From Podarcis bocagei (taxonomy: Eukaryota): a stretch of 64,000 nucleotides of DNA. Where the stretch lies: NCBI GenBank assembly GCA_964188305.1, contig OZ076897.1; one strand, written 5' to 3'. The notes beneath the pieces are model-generated. The model had not been told where the DNA came from, ran no database searches, and saw only the letters and a list, made by a program, of their open reading frames with translations. The translations under genes and the position numbers were made by a program. Positions 1 through 11,392 of this stretch are shown one piece after another (within the stretch, counting starts at the first letter, position 1; each line of letters opens with the position of its first letter).

Positions 1-1254
1 GGACAGTACTGAGCTGCCTGGACCCAATAGTCTGACATGGTATACGGCAGCTCCCAATGTTTCTAAATGCCCATCAATTCCAATTAAAATTACTAAAAGT
101 TGCTTAGAGCCAGTCTAGACATTTTGAAAAAGAACAATGTTGACAACTCAAATGGAATATCTTTTGTTTGAGGTACACTACATAGGGAACACACATTTAG
201 AAAACAAGCATCTCAGGGACATGGCTCCCTAATATTTCTTGGAGGAGGTCCTTGAATATCTGCACACCTTGTTCTTGTATCAAACTTTCGTGTAAAGAGC
301 TTTGTCTCTCTTGAGAAATGCCTCAGGTGCATTTCTGTTTCGTCATGCTGTACATACAATTTAATTCAGTAAAATTAATAGGAACTCAACATTTCTTCTT
401 CCCTAAATTCTGCTTGCAAATGTTTGGCTTTATTTATTTATTTTAGAAGCATTCCATTGTTAACCTTCTGTAGCCATAGGCTTCATCGTGAAATGCACCG
501 CTTGGAAACAATCACAGTTTGGTGGGGAAAGATTTTGGCATTTTGTAGGAAGTGGAAATAACCTGTATGAATGTTCTCAGTAGGCTTAATGACATTGATC
601 CAGACTAAAGGTGACTAATGCCTTGGTTATGGCCGCAATTGAATCTGGGCCAAACGTTGCTACCTCTTGAACTTGTATTGGCACAGCTACAGGAGAACAT
701 TTTCCTCTACGCAAGCCATGCTCTTACCCAATTTTCAGAACAGCTTGCTCAGGAAAAATCCCCATTAATTTTGCCCTTCATAAGTAGCCACGATACGGCT
801 TGCCAATAGGAAAGCGGCTGAGAACAAAATAATTAACTGGGCCAGGCACACTGAAACCGAACTGACTCACTTGTGCTGACAAGACAGCAGTTGCATAGTT
901 CTCCCACTTTCAGCTCCATAATATAAATGGAAGTTTCCACTTGGCTATAAAATTAAATTGAATTACAATTAAAATGGTAGTGAAGTTATGGTTCACCAGT
1001 TTCCATCTTCTCGGCACACACTTGTTCTATGCCTGTCCTCTTTACTATCAAGTTTAGCTTGAGGATTGGAGTGATCATTTTGTGATATTATAGCAGGAAG
1101 TACAGTGTTTGTGGTATGTTGCACATTTCTCTGTTGGAGAACAATAAAGGCTTTCGGCAAATGGGTGCGCAAGGTGTGTTTTGAATCATTTTGGAATGAA
1201 ACTGTACAGCCCCATCTTAATGGGAATACTTACACACAGTTGTTTTGTGAATAG

Positions 1255-1346
1255 GCAAACTGTGGACCCGTAGTATGAAAGTCGCATACAACATACTACA
1301 TAAATTGGGCACGAAGCAAGAACCAATGGTGCGGCCAGGAGACAGG
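1255..1346 (+). CDS. DIP2C: DIP2C coding exon (~exon 9), GKLWTRSMKVAYNILHKLGTKQEPMVRPGDR
   Basis: atag|GC...AGG|gtaagt, 92 nt; translation matches DIP2C as recalled. Confidence 0.96.
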
Positions 1347-4300
1347 GTAAGTACCTCTGCTTTCATTGCAAGCCTTAATAGTATGTCACGTTTGACATCA
1401 AAGACACATAGAGGTGAAAGCTATGTATTTGAGTTGGGGTACATAGTGAATCTTCTAACCTTGGAGCAGATCAGTCAACTGTCCGTGTTTTAGTTCTGTG
1501 ACACACGTCTAAACGATCGTGTCCTATTGCTCACTAACGGTTGGCTGGTTGCAGAAAATTTACCTCAGAAGTCTATTTATGGTCAGAAAAAAATTCCTTT
1601 CTCTCAAACAAACTACTCTGTGACACAAAGGCTTCCCTATATGAAGCGTGTTTATCATGCGGATGAAATTAATTTTGGTAATGGGGCTGTGCGTATTGGA
1701 GCCCCTGAAACAATGAGGGCCTTGTGAACTAAGGAATGCTGCTAGATAATTATTAAGAAACTAAGCAAAACTGGTTAAAGAAACAAAATCCTACTTGAAA
1801 GTAGGGAAAGTTGGCATAAGAGCATAGCTACTTTGCGGTGGGGGTGCCAGGTGATGCGTTTTGTAACTTTTAGGCCTGTCCTCATCATTTCTGTTCAACT
1901 CTACAATGACTGGGTGGGTCACAGTCCAGAGAAGGGGTACCTATTGTGGAATCCACTGGTTGCTACTGGATTCCACCTCCCATCAGCATAGGCTATGGTC
2001 AGGAAATGTGGGAGCTTTACCTCAGCAACATCTAGGAGTCTCCATGTTGGCTACTGAGTTCCAGAGCTTCTCTCATGAGTGTGAGGCACACACTTGCCTC
2101 AGTTAAAAAAAATAATATGGGGACAGTTTTCCATGTTTCCTTAATGCTGAGGGGAGGCATGTACTCTGCACACAACATGCTTCTTTAAAAATTCCTTTAG
2201 GACCATTTTTCTCCCCTCCCCCCTTTAGGATCTCCTTCATGGAAATCCTCTTCTTAATACATAATCTTTAGATTCCTTACATTTCCCTGCTTCAATGCAA
2301 AAGCAAACAAACGTGTCTGCATTATTAAATAAAATATCTGGGGTGGGGGGACATTTTGCACATTTGCCTTGATTTTGCATATTGTGATGTGAGGACACTT
2401 TTTGTATAATGTTGCCAGCTAGGCTCGTATGCTGCACTTACTTCCTTTTAGCAAAAGTCTCTGATATACCCATGCAATAAATATCCAGTCTCCCCCTGCC
2501 CAATAAAACAGTGAGGCGATCCTGAAAAACCAAGAGGCTCACTTTGAAGACAGTTGAACTCACAATATCCCTGCCTAAAGTCCATTTTTGCCTGTTTCTG
2601 CTAAATACTTGTAAGATTTGGTTTCCTTCAAGTGAGTTTTCACTGCCCCTGTATTGCCAACTTGATTTTCTTTTAATTTATACTCGCTGCTCATTTGCCT
2701 GTCATTGACTGACCTCAGCATCCAATATTTGCTTTCCATTTCCCCATGTGACACCACCTCTGCTGCTTGCTTCCTATCCCTTGCTGGTGTCTGTCACTCT
2801 TTTTGGTTTCCATCTCCTGTACACTCCTGAAGGCTTCTGTGCATGAACTGCCACCCACCCACCCACACCCCACATCAGTGCCAAAATTGGACCAGTCATC
2901 AGACACATTCGAAGCTGCTCCTATACGTGCGCGCACACACGGATGCAGACGATTCTCTTTTCCCATGCGTATCATCCTGATGGGAAAAACTACTTATGGC
3001 AATAAATGCAAAGTAAAAAAAAGACTGTAGGGAAAATACTACTGAGAGGTACTCTCTGCATTGGTTGCCTTTGAGGAGCTTGTAGTTCATGATGGTAGTG
3101 CCAATTGCTGGGTTTTTTAAGGAGTTCTGCAGATAGCTGCCCTGATCACATCAAGCCTACGGCAAAATATGAAAGCACGTCCTCCTGGGATCTCCAAAGT
3201 CTCACTTCCTGTGCATAAGAAGCCTTAAGTCTCTGTACAGCTGTTTCTTCAGCCCAAATTTGCACAAGAACACTCATTATTCCGTATAGAAAATTCTCTG
3301 TTACTGAAACTGCTTATTTTTTTTAAAAAGTCCCTGTTTCCTGTAGGTTGGGGCAAGCTGCCTTCTAAATAGGAAAAACAACAAAAACACCCGCATACAT
3401 TCAAAGCAAGCGACTAACAGCAATATGCTAAATTTCTGTGCACACAGAGTCCCTGCCTCCCAGCTTGAGAGCATTTTTCTAAATGGCTCCATTCAACAAA
3501 GCTGGAACATTGGTGGTACTGCTAAGCTTTCGTTGATGGAAGTTGGGCAAGTGACTGGCATTGTGCAAAGAGAGCCCTCCCAAAATAGTGAAAGGAACAG
3601 TTTTAAGCTCTGAGGAGTTTCCTTAATCCCATTGGTTTTACCCTTCCCCCTGTAGTCTCTTGCAACTTCATCCCCAGTTATGGCATAGGTACAGGGATTT
3701 TTCTTCCTCTTCTTCTACCCTTTAAGCTACTTAACTTCAGAATGCTGCCCTTGTACTTGACAAGTGGGCTGGTGGGGGGCTGGGGAAGTTGGTTCGAGCC
3801 CTGCAGAAAATAAATTATTTCCTCATTTTTGTGTTCATAAGTAATCATAAAGAATTAAACTAAAGAGAACTGTGGGCAGATGTTGAATTTAAATCACTCT
3901 CTGCTTTGGCATTTAGCCAAGACGGGTCTACGGAATCTTTCGTCTTGATTTATGACAGTGTTTAAGTCTCTAAGCCATAGCAGTAGTGGGCTGAAGTAGC
4001 TCCCAGAGAGAGTAAGACAAGGGAAGCCATGAGGATGACAGCACAGCTAGGTTTCCCCCCGCTCTGTGCATTTCCTTTGATGAGGATTACCGGGCGTTAC
4101 AGTGAAACTGGATTTTTATTATTATTATTTTTACTTCATTATATCCTGGGGACTAAGGGCAGGTTATAACATATATATACCAAAACATAAAAAGGTATCC
4201 AAAGTTCCCCTACTGATATAAATCTTGCTTTCGTTTTACGGAATTTCCAAAACTAAATTTCCCACGCATAGGCACCACCGCCCAGTTTGCATGATCTCTT

Positions 4301-5234
4301 GCTCCCTCACCTGCCTTTTTAAAGGCAATGATAATGGCGCCAAGTCAGGCCATGCAGACTCCTTTCCTGAAATGCGGCTTTTTGTGCGTGGCGAAGACGA
4401 GGAGGTGGACAGCTTCAACATGCAAAAACGTGTTAGTCCAGTGCATGCAGCTGAGCCTTGCGCACTAAGAGGAAGGCATTTGTGGAGGAGCTCAGACTTT
4501 GTCAAGGCTCTGTCTGAAGTCAATGCCTTAAATACCATGCTACCATTTTGAGAGCATCTCTTCACTATCCCTGGTCCCCAATGGAGACATCCAGAAAGGA
4601 GAGAGGGCAAAATTGTGAATGTAACTTGTAATTGGGAAAATGCTGGGGGTGGGGGTGGGGGTGCGTTCCTTTTGCATGAGCTTGATTAGAAATGTGATTT
4701 TCAACAAAGAAATAGCATCCTCTACGAGTCATTGTAGGCAGGCAGAGAGTTTATCGATTTGACCTTTGGCAAATGATCAAAATGAAAGCATAATGCAGGT
4801 ATTAGTTGAAACCATGGTGGGTTTAAAAGTAAATGTTTTCCCCCTTTCATTATTTTTGGAAGAGGGTCTGTTGAAATGAGGGTGTGTGTGTATCTTCTGT
4901 CTCGAGTTATATTATTGACCTTGAATGAAACTGTTTGGAAGCGTACCATCAGAGCAGTTTACACCTTTAAAGTATAGCTTATGCACCTAAGCCAAAGATA
5001 TCAAAGAAACGTTCTTGTTAGAAGAATTGGTTTGACTTTATGAAATCTCATCTCCTCTACCCTTCTCTCTTTGTGTTTTTGATATCGATCACTCTAGAGA
5101 GGCTTCCTCTCAAAAACTAAAACACCAAAGTGAAGTTGTGTGTCATACACATGAAATGTTTCTTGTGCATTATCTAAAGGTTGAAAAATGTGTTGGGAGT
5201 CTCTGTTTTAATTTCCTTCCCTCCTCTTTTGCAG

Positions 5235-5345
5235 GTAGCACTAGTATTTCCCAATAATGACCCTGCTGCTTTTATGGTAGCATTTTATGGCTGCCTGCTT
5301 GCAGAAGTTGTCCCTGTACCTATTGAAGTGCCACTTACCAGAAAG
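5235..5345 (+). CDS. DIP2C: DIP2C exon (~10), VALVFPNNDPAAFMVAFYGCLLAEVVPVPIEVPLTRK
   Basis: Pyrimidine tract, gcag|GTA...AAG|gtaaga, 111 nt, phase 0/0. Confidence 0.97.
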
Positions 5346-5694
5346 GTAAGAGAAACGGTTTCTTGTTGACTTTGTTACAATTGCTGTCAGAACAAATTGC
5401 CAAATGACATGCCCGTCTGAGTAGGTCATGCGTTTTGGGATAAAATGGAATCCTTATGTAACTTATTTTTTTATGAAAGGTCACCCTCCTAAACATGCTC
5501 CAGTTATTCTTTCTTAGCTCTGCTGGGTGTCTTCTAGATTTTACATTTTGATTTTGGGTTGGAAGTGGCTGCAGGCTGTTGTGTGCAACAGATAACAAGA
5601 GTAAAGTGAGCATTGAAGACTTCCTTGGAGACACACAGATAGGAAAGGCAGCTGTGTTGACCCAAAAGAAAAAGTCTATAGTAGAGCCATAGGC

Positions 5695-6070
5695 TTATGA
5701 TACCAAAATGTCCATATAACAAGCAAGCTTTCAGGTTGTCCAGTACGCTTCATCAGGCTGGCTGTTATGTGTGGACAGGGAGCAGCAGGAACTAGGTTGG
5801 TGTTAAAGCCATAAAATCTGCTGTGACAATGGGAGATGAAGCAGACTTACTAGATTAGGGTATTCTAGGGATGCTGGTATGAAGAAATCTACAATGACCG
5901 GTTGCCCCATTTTTGAAAATACAAAATCCATCATAACTAGGAATTTGCTAGATTTCCTATACCAAATCCCCAATTTTGCTTAAAAGTCAGGCTGCTAGAG
6001 AGTTCTGGAGAGCTTCGCAGCTTGCTCACTATTTTTTGACCTGCTGTTTGGCAAATTAAAGTATTTCCCT
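5695..6070. mobile_element. Two decayed Penelope-like pLTR fragments in inverted orientation
   Basis: Minus strand ~5715-5765 reads cagcctgatgaag...gaaagcttgc; plus strand ~5990-6070 is a degenerate copy (gagagttctggagagcttcgcagcttgc...). Confidence 0.5.
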
Positions 6071-6375
6071 ACTGTCGGTTTTGGGGATTTCAACTGCAGA
6101 GAGTCTTCTTTCACTTTCGCAGTGCCCAGCATTCCACACCAGGACTGAATTTCCAAAATAATAAGGTGGTTTCTATGCACAGAAATAAAGGCTCCAGTTG
6201 CACATAGAATCATGAAAACAGGCTAAGAATCCTCTGCACGAAAGCTAAATTAGTTGAAATCCTGTTGGAGATGGATGATCTTAAACTAATGGCTGCAAAG
6301 TTCTATACTAATCCAAATGGAGCTAAGTTTACACTTGGGCTGAGAAGCTTTCAGCCTCTGCTCATACTATAGAGC

Positions 6376-6522
6376 CAGTGGCGTAGCGTGGGTTGTCAGC
6401 ACCCGGGGCAAGGCAAGTAATTTGCGCCGCCTAACCCGTGGATTTGTGCCCCCTAACCCTAACCCCCAGATGTTGCGCCCGGTGTGGCCGGCCCCCCCTG
6501 CACCCCCCACGCTACGCCACTG
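6376..6522. mobile_element. hAT-type MITE
   Basis: 17-bp TIR cagtggcgtagcgtggg; perfect 8-bp TSD tatagagc. Confidence 0.9.
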
Positions 6523-7059
6523 TATAGAGCTAAGAATCCAAAAGCCTGATTATTTTTATTGTAAATTCAGAGATGTCTAAGCAATAGTTACAAGCTCCAC
6601 TTGGGTTTCATATGAAAAATTAAGATTGTTGGGGTCTTGGACAGCACTCAAGCAATCATTGGAATCCTGCTAATGGCACTTCATAGGACTGGGGACTTGA
6701 CAGAGTTAACTCAAATGGCATTAAAATAGTGCTGACAGGTCTAAGTGTTTGTTCAGTCTTTCATGGTTGTAGGTTGATGGACTCAGATCTCATTATTGGC
6801 TTTGAGCAAGTGGTGCAAATGATGCTTTTGGGCAAAAAACATTTTCCAGTGTATTCATTCTTAGGAGGTATTGGATTAGGCACCTGTGGCTATAGAGCAT
6901 AACATCAAAACTCTTAGGTGGTGGAGAAAACTGCTTAACTCTTTCTTTGCCTCAATCTCCTCTTACAATGGAAACTGTGCTCAACATGGCAGAGCAGGAG
7001 AAGGCATTATAGCCCAAGATAAGTAAAGAGGTCGAATGAGCCCCTAGCTGTTCTAAATA

Positions 7060-8230
7060 AATTCAAGTCTTCAGGGCTGGGATAATTATATTCATGAATA
7101 CTGAAGAAACTTGTGGATGTGTTCACCAAACTACTGTCCATATTAGTTTTTGATACTTCTCAAAGAACAGGTTAATTGCTGCAAGACTAGACATGGCTAA
7201 ATGTTGTCCCCATCTGAAACAGCGGGGGCCAGGCAGCTGCTGACTGTTGAGGCCAATGCTCAAAAAGATTTGGTGACAAATCAAAAAGCAGCCAGTCTAA
7301 ATAAATTTAGGGGGGGAAACCATCTAATTACAGAGAGCCCGCCTGGGTCTCTTAAGAACAAAGCTTGCCAGACTAACCTTATCTCTAGTTACTAGCCTGG
7401 TAGAGGTATGCTGTGGGTGTAGCATTTCAGTAAAACGTTCAACAAGGGTCCCCCACAATATTATTGTTGGCAGGCTAGTAAAAATGTCAACTGGCTGATG
7501 CTACTGATAGGTGGATTTGTAATTGGTTGATGGACAATTCCAGAAGAGTGCTCATCGGTGACTTTTTGTCACACTTCAGAGAAGTGGAAAACGGAAAAGT
7601 GCATTGTTCTCTCGTGAGCCTGGTCTTACTTAATACGTATTTTTTAATGAATAACTTGGATGAAGGAGTGGAGGGGATGCTCATCAAATTTACAGGTGGC
7701 ACCAAACTGGGTGGTGTAGCTAATACATCAGAAGACAGAGCCAGTATCCAAGATGATGTTGACAGGATGGAGAACTGGATCAAAAATAACCAAATGAGTT
7801 GAATAACTTAGGTAGGGAGAATCAGATGCACAAATGCAAGATGTGTGATGCACGGCTTGACAGCAGTATGTGCCAAAAAAAGAGAGATCAAGGCATTTTA
7901 GTTGACTTTGAGCTAAACATGAGTCAGGAGTGTGATACAGAGGCTAAGAAGGGTAATGTAATTCTCTAGGTTGCTTCCACATAAATATAGCATCCCGATG
8001 GCAAGAACCATTGGTCTTATTGTATTCTGCTTTGGCCAGACTTTGCCTAGAGAACTGACCCTGTTCTTGGCAGAAGTTATTGAAAAAATAAAAGGTGTCC
8101 CAATGGCAAGGGTTCTGGAGACCAAGTCCTATGAGGAAAGGTTAATGGAGTTGGGTATGTTCAGCCTGGAGAAGAGACTGACTGCTAAGAATGAAAGCCC
8201 CATTCAGAAATTTGAAGGACCGTCACATAG
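7060..8230 (+). mobile_element. Degraded CR1 LINE ORF2 (RT) fragment
   Basis: Frame-broken RT motifs: NNLDEGVEGMLIKFTGGTKLGGVANTSEDRASIQDD and LETKSYEERLMELGMFSLEKR; ends approximate. Confidence 0.85.
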
Positions 8231-9896
8231 CAAATGGAGCATGCTGTCCAACTATTCCCACTTCACTCCTGACATAAGCAGGATAAACAGACCTGGAAGC
8301 CTTAATTTCCCATTACTTCCAAACCTATGGTCTGTTGCTCTCTAATAAGCTGCACTTATTAGCCAGCCCTAAGCCATGGTTCATTTTTGGCTTACAAATT
8401 GCAAATTGTTAAGGAGCAACGAGAAATGATCCTGGATTCAGCCATACCAGGAAGCCATTGCTCCCTGTTTTGTTAATCCTGCTTACACCAAGGGAGAATC
8501 AAAGCACGAATGATGGGACAATGTGCACCAGCACTTTCCTAGTTCCTTGTTAACTGTGCTAGGCCAGGATTTTGGGCTTAATCTTAATGTGTGAACACAT
8601 CCATTGATTCATATTGCATTATATCAGCACTATTTTAATATCCGGGTTCTTTCCTTGTTTTTCTTATGTTGCAATTTATACTGACTAATGCTGAATTGTG
8701 AGGCCTACAGTGCTAAAAAAATGAGTGTTTCAGAGTGAAGTTCTAGTTTCCTGTGCGTTGATGTGTGGGGTGAGAGGCAACCTGATGATTATGTGGCCCT
8801 GTAGGAAATTTCCCATGAACACATGTACAGAGTTGGAGTGGGGTTGATGAAACTTAACTGGGTCAGAATAACTTGCTTTTGCTGGGGTGAAGAGAGTCCT
8901 CCAATGGGCTCACGTGTTTTTTAAGGTACAGATGGACTCTTCTGACTCATGCTGGTCTTTTCACATGCATGTTTACGGTTGCTAGATTCATCATAGCTTT
9001 GGGATCAGGGTCTTAGAGTATTACGCAGAAGGAGAATTTCTACAAGGATGTTTCTCTAGGCACTTCTGCAAAATGACAGGTGAAACAGCACTTTCCAGAC
9101 TTTCGTCTCTTCTCTTCCTTCCCCCTCCCCCCTCCAATATAATATGCATGTCCTCTGTTCTGTATTTGAGATCTGGCCCCCCAAGATTGTAATTGGGTTC
9201 TCCTTTGTGGAAAACTGAAAAGGCAGCTAAACAAAAAAGTGCCAGAATCATTCTGTGTCTTATTCTAACCTGGTCTGTTGAAATTTTGCAAAAAGTAACT
9301 GGAAGACTTTAGACAGTTGGCTTAAACCTTGCCAAGACTGCTTTGGAAACGGATATCGCTCTGTCACAAAAAATAATGAAAAATGGAACTTGAGGTAATT
9401 GTGTATTTTGATATAGGAAAATACAAAAGCAACTACCTTAGACTCTGGTTTTGACAATGAATTGAAGTTTTTAGTTGTAGTAATCTGTGTGACTGGTTAT
9501 TGCCTGAACTTGTTTATATACAGCAGGAGCTGGTGAAAATTGCACTTCACCCCAGGAAAAAGGTCCTGTTGTTAGTCAATTGCAAATTTCTCTCTGACTT
9601 TGATTGGAGGCTTATCATACCCAAAGACTCAGCTACTCTATTGTTCTTTTCAATTATTGGATCTCTCTGTAGCATTGTTTCAGCAAATGGAGCCTTGCAC
9701 ATTTTGGAGGTTGCACATAAAATATAGAGTTGCAAATAAAACAAATATGGCAGGCAGGCTCTGCGTGGATGGTGGAGTGATGCAACAGTGTAGTGGCAGA
9801 AGGCATTAGGTAGGCAGGTAGATAGACAGCATGACTTGAAGTGAGTGAAATGTGTGGAAAATCTCACGTGGGCTTGACCAATGTGAACTCTGTTTA

Positions 9897-10155
9897 CCGT
9901 ATTTTTTGCTCTATAAGACTCACTTTTTCCCTCCTAAAAAGTAAGGGGAAATGTGTGTGCGTCTTATGGAGCGAATGCAGGCTGCACAGCTATCCCAGAA
10001 GCCAGAACAGCAAGAGGGATTGTTGTTTCCACTGTGCAGTGATCCCTCTTGCTGTTCTGGCTTCTGAGATTCAGAATATTTTTTTCCTTGTTTTCCTCCT
10101 CCAAAAACTAGGTGGGTCTTGTGGTCTGGTGCGTCTTATAGAGCGAAAAATACGG
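9897..10155. mobile_element. Tc1/mariner (pogo/Tigger-like) MITE
   Basis: TIR ccgtattttt..gctctataagac / gtcttatagagcgaaaaatacgg; TA TSD. Confidence 0.9.
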
Positions 10156-11274
10156 TAATTCTTCTCTTGTGCCTTTAGGGATTAATTGTGCTTGAAGGAA
10201 AGGTTTGCACAATGTGGTGATTTTGTTGTGTTGGGTAGCAGGAAAATAGGCAAGAACGAAGCAAGGCTTTTAAAGAAACAACTCTCCTTTAATGCTACGT
10301 ACTATGTCTCAGATAGCTTGCACTGATGAGCCACTAAAGCAAGAATGCTACAGGAGCTCAAGAGGTTCAACAAACACTATGTCCCTTTGGCATACATAAC
10401 AGGTTTCATGCCACTTGTATGGAACTCCTCTTCCAAAAACGGTGTCTGCATACTAATGAGACGCCTTCCCTATGCACAAACACCCGAGGTGGGGAATGTG
10501 GCCAAGTGTATGAGCTGTAGCTCACATGGTTGGCAAAAGCCAATTTCAGCTTTTCTTCCCTGTTTCCCAATGCCTTTGCCACATCTTTCTTTATCTCGGG
10601 CTGTGTACACATTGCCATTTACTCCGGCTCCAGTTTCTGCTGCTTGTATTTTAATCTGGAGTACACATGATGTTAGCCACAATCCATATGTACCCTGTAA
10701 TTTCTTGAGAAATGTTCGTTTTTGATGCGTTTCCCCCCTCAAATCAGTTGCCATCTAATTTGAAAACACAAGCCGTGGTTAAGCTGAGGCTAGTACAGTT
10801 CCAGCTGCCACTGTGCATGAACAAATAACAGCATATGCGCAGATGGCAGCTTCCTTGAACAGGAGCTTAGGGTAGTGTGGAGGGTGTAAAATCCAGGGAA
10901 ACAAATCAGATAATCAGGTGAAGACACTCCCGTGCTCTTTCTGGTGTGTATGGCAAGTGCAAATGCTACTTGAAACACAGTAATTTAGTCTTTGGCTCCT
11001 GTAGTCCTCTTGACTTAGGCTTTCTGCTTCCCTCCTTGTATCTGCTTGCTTCCTCATCTTCTCATAGTTCTCCAGATGTCCCTACAAGATCACCTTCTTT
11101 TCCCTGGGCCTCTGCTTTGTCCTTACCTCCTTTCCTACGCTACCCGTTTTGCCTTAATACATTTCCTGTTGAATTTCTTGGCATAGTCGGAGTCTGGTCC
11201 ACAGTGTTTTTACAATGGATGAATTTTACTTGTTCTTTGGTTTTGCCAGGAAACCAGTTCCTTTTAGGAGAGGG

Positions 11275-11392
11275 GTAGGGAGATGTGGCTAGACTTCCAA
11301 CTCCCATCAGACCCAGCCAGTAGGCCCAGTGGTTAGGGATGAGAGGAGTCTGCAGTCCAACAATACCTGGAGACCCACATGTCCCGTCCCCC
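11275..11392. mobile_element. Degenerate palindromic hAT-type MITE (actcccatca/ggagt family)
   Basis: Similar to intact copies at 37616 and 40295; ends approximate. Confidence 0.55.

Noticed and set aside
1946-1976. Perfect 10-bp hairpin gtggaatcca/tggattccac
   Set aside because: Isolated and lies within a degenerate hAT-type MITE. Other introns were not scanned exhaustively for long rods
5360-5670. Possible additional hairpin at the start of the intron
   Set aside because: Only a few short helices with inconsistent register
6450-6467. CTAACCCTAAC, resembling the telomerase RNA template or telomeric repeat
   Set aside because: Lies inside a hAT MITE with TIRs and TSD; no telomerase RNA architecture around it
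6090-7190. Extension of H1 pairing out to 6090:7190
   Set aside because: The 3' partners lie in the CR1 fragment and the register drifts; likely chance 5-7 bp matches, which also shows that short helices alone are not evidence
10323-10345. CTGATGA hammerhead core (also at ~37203, ~42628, ~59344)
   Set aside because: No stem II followed by GAAA at a suitable distance
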